A stretch of DNA of 64,000 bases. It comes from Phoronis australis (taxonomy: Eukaryota; Animalia; Phoronida). Position numbers and translations under genes: made by a program. The stretch lies in NCBI GenBank assembly GCA_002633005.1, contig NMRA01000903.1:1-64000 (forward strand), written 5' to 3'. Shown piece after piece: positions 14,256-26,000 of the stretch. The notes under the pieces were generated by a model that was given only the letters and a program-made list of their open reading frames with translations, ran no database searches and was not told where the DNA came from. Within the stretch, counting starts at the first letter, position 1, and each line of letters begins with the position of its first letter.

Positions 14256-14492
14256 AATCACTCAGAGAGTCATAATTCTCTTTGTCAAAAATTAACATTA
14301 AGACGACTTTCAAAGCAATCGCGTAGTTAATGCCAACATGAACAATGGATTTGGTCTTTTAGGCAACCTAAAACTGTTTTAAACACAACAACTTTTTCTA
14401 CGAACTAGTTGCACACAATGTAAAGCATGTAACAAATGTTACGGAAAGAAGCAGGTTCTCGTGCAAACGCTGTGGACCGTAAACAAATATGT
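14256..14492 (+). repeat. Interspersed repeat, homologous to ~22878-23083
   Basis: Shared AATCACTC...AATTCTCTTTGTCAAA...CAAAGCAA.CGCGT.GTTAATGCCAACA...AAACACAACA...TGTGGACC. Confidence 0.7.
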
Positions 14493-14499
14493 GATAGAA

Positions 14500-14570
14500 G
14501 AATGGTGGCTCAGTGGAAGAGCACGTGCACTTTGCCCAAAAGGTCGTGAGTTCGAATCCGTGCTAGTTAC
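14500..14570 (+). other. tRNA-derived (SINE-head-like) segment with Pol III A and B boxes; not a complete tRNA
   Basis: A box TGGCTCAGTGG (14506-14516) and B box GAGTTCGAATCC (14548-14559). The acceptor and T stems do not pair well. Confidence 0.55.
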
Positions 14571-16889
14571 GAATTTTCCACTTATTTTTCTTTTATAGTA
14601 CATGTACTTCAGAAATCAAGGGCTATGCTTGTTTTTAGAGGCAAAAACAAAATTTTATCTGGGCCACTACCGTGACTACCAGTTGCTAAGACAATTTCAA
14701 AAATCATTTATAAATTGAGGTGTACTAACAGCTACCGTACGGCAACGAATTGTCAACTTCGATTACATGCGGCTGAGGTTAAGCTGCGCATGCTTGGAAC
14801 CTGTTTGCTTTCGTTTGTCAGGCTGTTCCAAGTTCTGGACGGTCTGTAGCCTTGCCCTTTCCGAGGAGATGACGTAAATATTGGGGGATTGTAATAGGTC
14901 ATTTGGGGCAGAAAAGTAACTGGTGATGAAGAGGGTCGAGAGGGGCCACAGGCTATCTAGAAACACCCTAACCATTACAAAGGAAAAATGCAGGCAGGAG
15001 CTGGAATTAATTACTACTTCTTTTAAGAGGACGCCCTTCTAGTAATGAGTCCGTACCCCTGTTTTCCGGCTCCTTTATACCCCGCTCCCAACCGATGTTC
15101 CCCCGTTACTAGCCATACTTTCGATATATGAGTGGTCAAGTTCCTTTTGATAATTATCTGATTCACTATTTATTAAAATTTGAGATCTATGACTGAAGAT
15201 TTTGGACAATCATGAGCACTCTCAACATGTGATTTTTGACTTCCAAAAGAAAATCCACAAGAAGCGCATATTGACAATCATTAATGGCATTGCTTATATG
15301 CAAATGATTCACATTTAGACACAGAGTCTTTATCACAATTAGTAGAGCAAATGGTATCAGGTCGATGGTGCAACGTTTACCACACCAAATTTGTCTCGAA
15401 AAGGATAATTACAATCAAACGACAGATATGTGGCCCGTATGATCAGGTTTTGCGCGGACCGAGGTATTTATCATTAAGAAAGTGACGATCGTGACCAGAC
15501 AATCAAGGAGCGCTAATGCACTCTACAGGTAAACGTAATGTTCCTGCAAAAGTTGCTGATGAAATTAAAGGAACAGTTCCCTGTCACGTGATTTAAATGA
15601 AGGCGTCACCTGAACCAAATATATTGCGAGTCAACACAATAACCTAACAACACATTGACATCAAAATGTTCCACGTATAGATTGGCTACAATGGTGACTC
15701 CACGTCATTGTCATGAATCCCACAATAGAACTTTCCATTCTGCACATACTACGTGAAATATGATATCTCCTGGGCGGCAATATTTATTGAGTGTTACAAT
15801 AATTGTCGAGAGGCGAACAATTTGGCCTTGCGCATATCAGATGCCAGACGTTGTCTGTAATATTATCTCGCTAATCATTTAAAAGTCATAAAATGACTGT
15901 TCTATTATACAAGAAATCAGGCAAGGTTAGGATGTGACATCACGCAAAACAAGATTATATGATTAGAATTTATTCATATGGAGTACTTATACATAAATTT
16001 GTAGTTGTAAACAATTACTGAGCTACGTGATGCAGGATGTAATTGGTGCACTTCCGCAAATCTTGGAACTAATGATGATAAAAGTTTACTTTAATGAAAA
16101 AAAAAACTGGTCATACATATGATAAACACCATGCGCAATATCAAACAAACGATTACAATTCTAGAAAATCCACTGCTTTTGCAAAGATTTGATCAAAACA
16201 AGACTATGTGTTTTGTTTCACAGCTTTCTATACACTTGCATAGCGGGTGCATTGATCAAACTTCCTTTTTCACTTAAGTCATGACACGTGGTAAAGAAGT
16301 GTTCTGTGGACACACTATTGCTCGGATACTTTTCCACGATACGCATATGGCATGTGTGTGGCGCCATCTAGAGTGTTTAGGGCTAAACATAAAATATGAC
16401 AATCAGTTCGAACACCAGACTAGTTTGTTTCCATAGTGGCAACTCGCACCACGGTGTCAATGTTTTCAAGTAAGATAACTTTAATGTGAAAGCTACTACA
16501 AACACAGTGTCAGTTCAACCTGGTGCATCCATTAATACGTTGATTTCTGTCCAATACCACAACCATATAGTGTACGACCGTGTCCACAAATGGTTAAATG
16601 TTGAATGTCTTGCACTGAATGAGATTGGAAAATCAGTGCAAGGAACTTGCTGGACGTCATTGCCGACCTGCAATGTGCTCCTAGGAAATTTCCTGGATGT
16701 CGTTTCTTGAGGTTACTAGTACTCTAATACTGCTTGAAGTTGGAACATATTACCTTTTAAGTTTCACATGGCATTTTAACACACACACAGCACTTAAAAA
16801 GCTTCAAGACTCAAGCCGCAAACAAGACATTTGAGATAAGTGCTTTAACTGCTCAAAAACCTGACTTTCGTGATGTGCACTATATATCT

Positions 16890-17032
16890 TTACAGACGGC
16901 ACGGCTCGCAGAAACCACACGTCAATGAGCAGAACTGCTGTGCATCCTTAAGCACTTCATATCGTCTGTCGTTGCACCAACTGCGTATTTTCTTGCACTT
17001 AAATGGTCCCCACTGCGTGTGATCAGTACATG
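16890..17032 (-). CDS. ShKT exon 9 (terminal)
   Basis: ttccag|CA, then CTDHTQWGPFKCKKIRSWCNDRRYEVLKDAQQFCSLTCGFCEPCRL-stop. Confidence 0.85.
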
Positions 17033-20000
17033 CTGGAAGAACGCAACGTTTGAACAAACCCATACAACCGGAAAAGCAATTCATAGCAGAAACAAATTTT
17101 TGTTTTGCCCAAAATGGAACTACGTCATTCTGAAAAAAGAACACGCATCTGAATATTGCACACACTGCCGTTTTTATTGGCAATCAGTGCGTATTTAGGG
17201 TTATATCGCGCATATAACATGAATAACGTCTAAATCATCACCGAAACGTCTTCTCCATCACTATTGTTTTTTAATTTTAAATATGCGTTCTCGGAAAAAT
17301 GAAAGGCTATCAAATCATTTTCTTACTTTATACCAACCTGGCACTTAATATGCCACCACGTGTCCATACATGTATCTTATCATTATTAGATTTAACAAAA
17401 AGAAAGGTATAACCACTGTATAACAAGACAACGGTATCACTAAAATGATCACATGCAGCCTTGACTACTGTAATTGGTCAGAAAAGGCGATTCCAGTTGT
17501 TTAAATGACTATCCTCTCACTTGATGCAACTTTTTGTATAAAGAAATCGTACATTGACACCGTAACCTGTCGAGATTGAGCAACTTGACCAGTTAGTGCA
17601 CCTAGATTCTGTCGGTTTAAATCAAAGACGCGTGGTTAATTAGTTCGCCTCAGTTATCGCTTTCTAGGCAATGAGACCACTATTAACACATTTGGGGCAG
17701 CAATGATATTTTTTTGATTTTCGTTTTGAAAGTTTGAAAATAAAATGATATTATTTGAATAGTTCATGAAAAGCACACCTGATTTGGTTTTTGACATTTG
17801 AAAATTGGACAAGCAATGTTACTATGACAACCTAAAACGTTTCTTAAATGTTGAATTATGTTCCTCATTTTGTAGGGAGTGTAACATAATTGGGCTAGTT
17901 AGCAAACGATAACACAGCAGTTGGATTTTGAAGAAAGCCCAGTGTTATTGTACAATTCTTGGCATGAGATATTTCATAAAACCACGAGCCTCTAATTTTT
18001 TTTAACTTCACGATGCCTAAGTTGGACGCTTTAAAACAGCCCTAACACATTTGGAAAACACTGCAAAATCTGGAGGTCTTGTCGCAATTCTATCCTCAAC
18101 ATGTGATGCTACATGTATGATTTTAGACAGCGTTTTAGCTATGGTGTCACACAAAAATAATATAATTTCCAAAACCTTTGCTATAAAAAAGCTCTCATTT
18201 CCTAATGTCATCGAGGAGAGCGCCAGCCAATACAAATCTGAGCGGGAAACAAGTAAGACGTTTCACGTAGAGAAGACAGCGCAAAGAAACTAAACCTGGT
18301 GTATATTTCATGAAAATGGTTTTTGGTAGAGCTTCAGACTTCATGTACGATCCCACTTATTGTTAAGTAAACGTTTAGCCGTGCACTTAATGAGACATCA
18401 CTGTCTGCTTTTGACAATTTTTTTCAGTGAATGGCAATACTCTCAGAGACACCTTTTTTAAACCAAGTTTTAGTAAATATTTAAGCATGTCGTAAGTTTA
18501 AGCCACTTTTATGAAACGCACCGCAGACACTGTAAATTTTATTGAATCACGGTTCGTGAACACAAGCTTCAACTTACTCTGCGTGCAAAGACCACACGAC
18601 TTTGGACACCTCTCTCTTATTATTTGACTTGTGAAACAGGACACATCCGCCAGAACTTTACAGTCGGAAGTCTTGTCACAGCAACCTGCAACGCGACTGC
18701 ATTATATTACCCAGTGATTAAACTTTCATATCCGTTACTTGAAGACTTATTTTTTGCTTTGCTCACAATTTTTGTAGTGTGCATTGTACGTTATGCTTTC
18801 AAATAAACAATTATAGCTCAGTTTTGCACTGTATAAAAACCACTTTTTTGATTGAAAAGCCTAGTCGACAGTTGATCAGCGTAGTAGCGATTATATTCCA
18901 CTGGCACGACTTACGTTGTTGTGAAAATTTCGTCCGTTTTGACAAATTTGCAAAGCTGTGACACTTTAGGCAAAATTTGACAATTAGGACCTGCAGTCCT
19001 GACATAAATGGCCAATGAATTCATATAGAGCTCGCAAGGTACTTTGTTTTTTGCGGCATCGGCGTCTTTATTGGATATAACTGTACATGTGGCATGGGTA
19101 GCAGACCGATGATTGCTTGTCACTATCTTTATTATAACAAAGAAAAACAAGGTGAACCATGGCTATTCCAATCTACCGATCTCTAAACCATCAGCTTGCG
19201 ACCTTGTTTCCCGTACAATTTTGGACGTTGTGGCCATTTGGGTGTGCACACAGCTCTATACACATGCATGCCATTTACACTCGGCGCAAAAGTGTTTATT
19301 TGCAATCCATCCTTCATTTTGAGTGTTATGTGACGACAGTCTCAATATGATACTGTGATTTTCTTGTTTCTAAATGGAGGTCGCATTTATTTTGTAGTTT
19401 AACTTGCACACCGGCAATCTAATCAAATAATTTGTAACGCAGTTTCCCAGCCAGTAAGTAACTGCTTACTTTCAATCCATTTTTTCACATAACAGGTGCC
19501 TCCTTCACAAACCACCGGATTCTTCAGTACCTTTTTGACGGTGTTTGCTGGGAAAATCAACACAAAACAAATTTAAAGGTTAGACATTAAATGTTCATGG
19601 TTGTATTTTAATGAATTTAAAAACAATTCACTCAAGCAAATCTACAATTTACACCGTAACAGGACATAGATTAAAAAAGGAAAGGTTTTGCTTCTAACCC
19701 AACTTTGCATTTTTTATTAGCAACCGATTGTTGGTTTCGCTTTAAAGTTAGTAAACTTACCCCCATAAAGATATCAGTCACTAAAATGATTCTCAGTAAG
19801 CTGGATAGCTACCTTACGCATTACAGTAGTATACGGTGGTGCTGAAGACCTTATTATATATCTAGACACCCTCTACAGTACCTGCACCTGAAACCGATGC
19901 TCGACATATCCCACAAGTCTTTGCACAATATTTTGTCATCCAGTCATGCCATGCACTTGAAGATTCGCAGCTTCCGACGGATGCTTTGTGAAGACAGTCC

Positions 20001-23000
20001 TTCTTATCGACGTCAAAACCTTTAAGGCGAAGGCAACCTTTTTCATGTCACTTTTAGCAAAAATAAGGTCTGTTGATTACCCATTGACATATTTTTCACT
20101 TAATTACAGCTTTTCGTAATTTAATTAATTTCTCGTCCTCTACTCCGGAAGTGACGTTTTGGGAGGCAAGAATTTCGCGCCAATGTTTTTCATACAGTCG
20201 GACTGTGAGAGCTGTCAAGTCAGTCATTGTTCTACCTCGGATGTGATAAGTTCGATCGTCGTTTGCTTTTGTTTACGAGTCAGTCAACATGCCACGCTGT
20301 TGCTGCGTACCAGGATGTACTAATTATCGTCTCACACGCGCTTTGGGTACCTGGTATCGCTTTCCGAAGGATGACACACTTCGCCGTACTTGGCTAGCTC
20401 GTTCGTGTGAAGAACGCAGCGCTAACCGTTCACGCAACGTACAAAGCAGTGGCAAGCATTTTCAGCCGTCAAATTACGACAGAGATATGTACGCTGAATT
20501 GATGAAGGTCCCTACGAAACAACGCCTGAAGAAGGGTTGCATACCGTCGCTGTTGATTCCCGGCCGTGCCTCGTCGCCACCCCCGAGAGGTGCGTTTTTG
20601 AAGCGAGAAGCCTCGCGAGCTGTAGCCACTATAAAGAGTGACTGGAGGCACTTCATCTACTGTCACCCATGCCTCCGAACGTACCCCAGCGGGCAATTCC
20701 AGGAACTAGCAGTGATTCCCCGTGTGCTGTTGTTTCTAGCCCAGAGCTTGCAAGCAGCACTGCAGCGATGTTGAGTAATGGGAGTGAATACAGGCCTAGT
20801 TTGACACCCAATGAAAAGGACAGTTCGTCATCCAGTGAACAGATCGGTGAACCTAAGTTTGATAAGTTTATTGTGGACTTGTATTGGAGCTATTTAGAAG
20901 GTGCCACATGTGTGACGAGGGAGTCGCACGGCGGGATGTAAGCAGTTTGTGTGCTCAAGTCACCATCGGGAGTGTGTCGCGGGACACTCGGGAAAATGGG
21001 ACAGTTCTTCCTCTGTAGGTCTACGTGAGACGATAATGAGTACATCTCGGTAGGCAGCAACAGCGTGGCATGTTGACTGACTCGTAAACAAAAGCAAACG
21101 ACGACCGAACTTACCGTATCACAACCGAGGTAGAACAATGACTGACTCGACTGCTCTCACAGTAAGACTGTATGAAAAGAAATTGGCGCGAAATTTTTGC
21201 CTCCCAAAACGTCACTTCCGGAGTAGACGACGAGTAATTAATTACGAAAAGCTGTAAGTAAGTGAAAAATATGTCAGGGATAATCAACGAACCATATTTT
21301 TGCTAAAAATGACATGAAAAAAGATTGCCTTTGCCTTTAATCTGTGCCTTGCTTAGAATAGATAGGAGTTATCGTGGTTCTGCATTGAATTAGCACTTAC
21401 TTACCACAGAATCAGGATATCAATAATGTACACAAATGCAGCAACACTTTAAACATACATTTCAAGTACTTTTGTGTGAAGTTTCAGAGTATCAAAACCT
21501 GCAAAAAGACATTTTTCGTTTAAAGTCTGCAATCCATTAACTCCCCTAATCGTTTGTTACACTGTACTATTTGGCTTTGTTTGGAAGCCGCTGTGGAATA
21601 TGAATAACATTTTTCAGGATTAAACTCTTAAGAATAAATCTACAGAAAACTGGTTTACTTCATATTACGAATTATTTATGTAAAATGTCCATATATGTAA
21701 ATTGTTGAAATCCGGGAAGTAATAACCCAAAAACTTACAAGTGTCACAAGTGCATGTCTTGAGACAATATTTCTTCATGAAACTGTTCGCACATTGGCCC
21801 TCTGCCGCCCATTGTTTACATTTACGGTCTGGATCGTTGGCATCATTTGACGTCTGAAGATTGGTCACGTGAAAGCAACCTTGGCGTAAGCGATAGGTCA
21901 CAGTTGGAGTCGCCTTTCCTGGAATCGCGGGATTTGTTTGCATTCGAAAGATCCGTGAGCTTCCTTCTGAAACTTGAGACAAACACATGCGAATGTATTC
22001 TCACATAATACAGAAACTATGGTTCAACTTGAAGGCGGCAGCCATGTGCAGACTAAATTGTCACAAACACATTAAGAATGAGGTAGGGGGTAAACATGAT
22101 ATTTGCTTTAGGATGATTTCAGTGACCGTGGTACACAGTGCTGTGGCTGTGTTATTGCCGGATGTACACGTACCTGTAGGTACAAGAAGCGAGACATCTA
22201 GTTGTTGAAGCCTTTGAACCAGCGTGAAGGGACGCGCCGGGGCGTGAACTCAGTGCCTGGGTGGAATGGTTCTGAACAGAGCGTCCAACTACCGGTCAGT
22301 AGCGGAATATTACAGTGTGATTTGTTCTTGTCATTAGTGTCACCGCATACATATGCATTTATTCAAAACTTGACATGTACAACTCATGTAAAGTTTAAAT
22401 AATTATACATGGTGTAGTTCACTTGTTATCATTTCCAAACCTCCTCTTACTAACTTTGTTCTTTTAGTAAGTGCTTTGTACACATATAGGCCCCCTTAGA
22501 AGATACAAAATTTAAATCAGCAAAAGTACGAGGAAAAATTGAGTTTACTAGTTAACCCCTGTAATTAACCGGCAAAGTAAGGTTTGGCAATGTGTGGAAA
22601 TTTAGTTTGTGTGTATGTGCGCTTTGATGTCAGACCCGATTTCAAGTGGCTGATTCAGACAACTGGCAACTATGACTAAGTAATGCCGCTCCCGGTCGAT
22701 ACGTACATGATATCCCATTTCGACCGGCAGAGGCGCTGCGCACTACCACTCCGATTCCGTCGTCTGCTTCACCGTGCAATGAAGAAAATTACTTCATTTT
22801 TTCAAAGAAAATGGAGGCTGAGTGACGAAGAGACAGAAGCTACTGCTCAGAAGTAAAATTCAATAGAAGCATCAGTGAATCACTCGGGAAATTTTAATTC
22901 TCTTTTTGTCAAACATTAAAATTAGAACGATTTGCAAAGCAAGCGCGTGGTTAATGCCAACACGAACTAAAGAATGTTTCAAACACAACATTTGCTTAAA

Positions 23001-26000
23001 ACACAAAACATAAAATGTGCAACAGACATTACAGGAAGGAGCGGGCTTGCGCACGCACGATGTGGACCATGAACAAGTATGTATGGTAAACCTCCCTCCC
23101 GACCTCCCCCATTCGTCGCTCCGAGCCTCTACTACCAGTTGGGCTCTACGGGTGATTGTCCACGAGACAAAATGTTACCCCCTATGATACCGGAGATCCG
23201 CCATTCGTACGCAATGTAGTTAACACATCCTTGCACACAAGCAGGGATCTTTACTAGCCTTCAACGGCATGGAAGTATTTATATATACATGTACGGGAAA
23301 TGTGAGTGTATGCATGCCTTTGTTTAGTTCCAACCACCATAATATGAGTAGTGGTCCAACCACAAATACAGTTACATCCTGAAATTGAATACATAACCGG
23401 TATACAGCATACAAGATACCTTCAGATAGTATTGATCTGTGCTATTAATACATGTAGATATTAGTGATAAACAAACCTTCGCAAAAATGACAAGTCTTAG
23501 CGCAGTGTTTAGTCATCCATCTTTTAACAGAATCTGCCTGCGCAAAACAGCTACCCTTTACAGCTTGTTGTCGACATTTCTGCTCGTTAGTGTCAAAACC
23601 TGAAATGCGAAACAAGAATACAAGTGCATTTCAAAAACCACACTCAATGGATGGGAAAGAAAGGAATTAGCCCACCAAAATGTTACCGGGTTTAAAATTT
23701 CAAAAATGAGACATTTACAGTTAAAATGCACGCATAGACAGCACTATTTACGTTTTATGCCAACACCGGCGTGAAAAATCTTAATGCTAATGGCTACATG
23801 TATGTACATGTATACATGAGAGGGTTCAGGTTAGTTTCACATCAGCTCTTTTTGCAATGGTCCGACCTATGTGGCCTGGACACGTCCCATGAGGCACGGG
23901 ACAGCCTGCAATCTTTTCTTCTAATAATTGTAATATCTGTCATCAAAAGTAACGTCAAGAGACCATGTATGGTTTGGGCTTCTNCAGGGATCTTTACTAG
24001 CCTTCAACGGCATGGAAGTATTTATATATACATGTACGGGAAATGTGAGTGTGTGCATGCCTTTGTTTAGTTCCAACCACCATAATATGAGTAGTGGTCC
24101 AACCCCAAATACAGTTAATATTCTTTCACATCCTGAAATTGAATACATAACCGGTATACAGCATACAAGATACCTTCAGATAGTATTGATCTGTGCTATT
24201 AATACATGCAGATATTAGCGATAAACAAACCTTCGCAAAAATGACAAGTCTTAGCGCAGTGTTTGGTCATCCATTTTTTAACAGAATCTGCCTGCGCAAA
24301 ACAGCTCCCCTTTACAGCTTGTTGTCGACATTTCTGCTCGTTAGTGTCAAAACCTGAAATGCGAAACAAGAATACAAGTGCATTTCAAAAACCACACCCA
24401 ATGGCTGGGGAAGAAAGGAATTAGCCTACCAAAATGTTACCGGGTTTAAAATTGGTTTAAAATTTCAAAAATGAGACATTCACAGTTAAAATGCACGCAT
24501 AGACAGCACTATTTACGTTTTATGCCAACACCGGCGTGAAAAATCTTAATGCTAATGGCTACATGTATGTACATGTATACATGAGAGGGTTCAGGTTAGT
24601 TTCACATCAGCTCTTTTTGCAATGGTCCGACCTATGTGGCCTGGACACGTCCCATGAGGCACGGGACAGCCTGCAATCTTTTCTTCTAATAATTGTAATA
24701 TCTGTCATCAAAAGTAACGTCAAGAGACCATGTATGGTTTGGGCTTCTCAGAGATTGGTTCTCTAATTCGTGAATATATACATGTAATTAATCGACAACC
24801 AAGAATCCCCAAACGGGTTTCCCTGGGAAGGAATTCGTTAGTTAACTGAAGCAGCGATTCTTGAATCATTGGTGGCAACCTGATATTTTGGGAGAAACAA
24901 TACATTACCAAATTCAAAATTCAGAAAGATACTGTACCTTTAACTAGTTTATGCACATAAAGTTTCAATTACAACAGTTCTAAGCGGACATGAAGAAATT
25001 CCGTCAATTCCTTAAGTCGCTCGGCAGTTATTGGTGAGTCGACCTTGTCTCACCACCTGGTGACTGCCGACTACAGCCCACATGATTTGGTCACGCCCTG
25101 GCTGATACACTGTAGCTAGATTTCCCTTACAATGCATGGCGGCCATATTTCAGTTAATTTTGCCGTAGAAACAGTCCGCAAAATACAGGTGTAGAGACTT
25201 CTTTTATCAAAATCATTTGTCTCGTGTCATCAAGCATGCTGAACTTTCCAAAAACTTTAGATTGGGGTAATTTTTGGTCAATCACGACTAGGTGCCTCTT
25301 TGTCAGTTGAAAAATATAAATTAAACAGGGGCGGATCCAGGATTTTGAGTTGGGGGACCAGGGCACAGGAATATACAGAATTTCACGCCCAGCCTAAAAT
25401 TTAGGGATGTAGGGGTCTCGAAATTTTAGGTTTGCGGACCTTTTGACATAAAAAAAAACGGTAAACGGGTTTTCTTCAGGGCCTATTGCATTGTTTTTCA
25501 CCCCCAAGCTCCCTGATTCCGCGCATTTGCTAGTCAGCAAGTTGCACCCTAACTGCCAAATGGTATCTGGTAGAATTTTTTTGGGGGGGGGGCATGGCCC
25601 CCTTGCCCCCCTAAATCCGCCGACAATACATAGGTAGTTAATCGTATACGTCGCTGGAAATCGTGACTACATCTGGTTACGAAAATATTACCCTTCAGAT
25701 GGAGCATCGGTTTCTTAGATATACACTGAAGTCATCTGACCAACATAGAAATAACTCCTGAGACAAACTATAATTCATATAAAGGACCGTGCACACACAG
25801 CCTATAGCGTCCAAACAGCACTCAAACCTAACGACAACTCGTTCCAGGAGTAACTTGTTCTGGAGTTTGCATAAGACTGTTGTGTGTGGACGGCATTTTA
25901 CACTCTGTACAAAGAACAGCGAGCAACGGTGGTTTACATTTATCACATTCACACGTTTTCCTGCAGCTACTCTTTACATAACCGCCATTGCAATACCCAT

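Larger units (their letters stand above)
23242..24748. repeat. ~750 bp direct duplication (23242-23983 / 23985-24748) joined at N23984
   Basis: Near-identical copies with small indels and an N exactly at the junction. Confidence 0.85.

Noticed and set aside
14500-14570. Functional tRNA gene
   Set aside because: A and B boxes are present, but the cloverleaf stems do not pair. Kept only as tRNA-derived sequence.
18915-19080. Cys-containing frames with a GTAAGT donor between ShKT exons
   Set aside because: No single frame gives a six-Cys pattern or a phase 1-1 exon. At most a decayed exon.
24586-24670. Possible alternative terminal exon CCPVPHGTCPGHIGRTIAKRADVKLT-stop
   Set aside because: It is phase-compatible, but the acceptor is purine-rich and there is no domain pattern. 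The exon at 24353 is the better partner.
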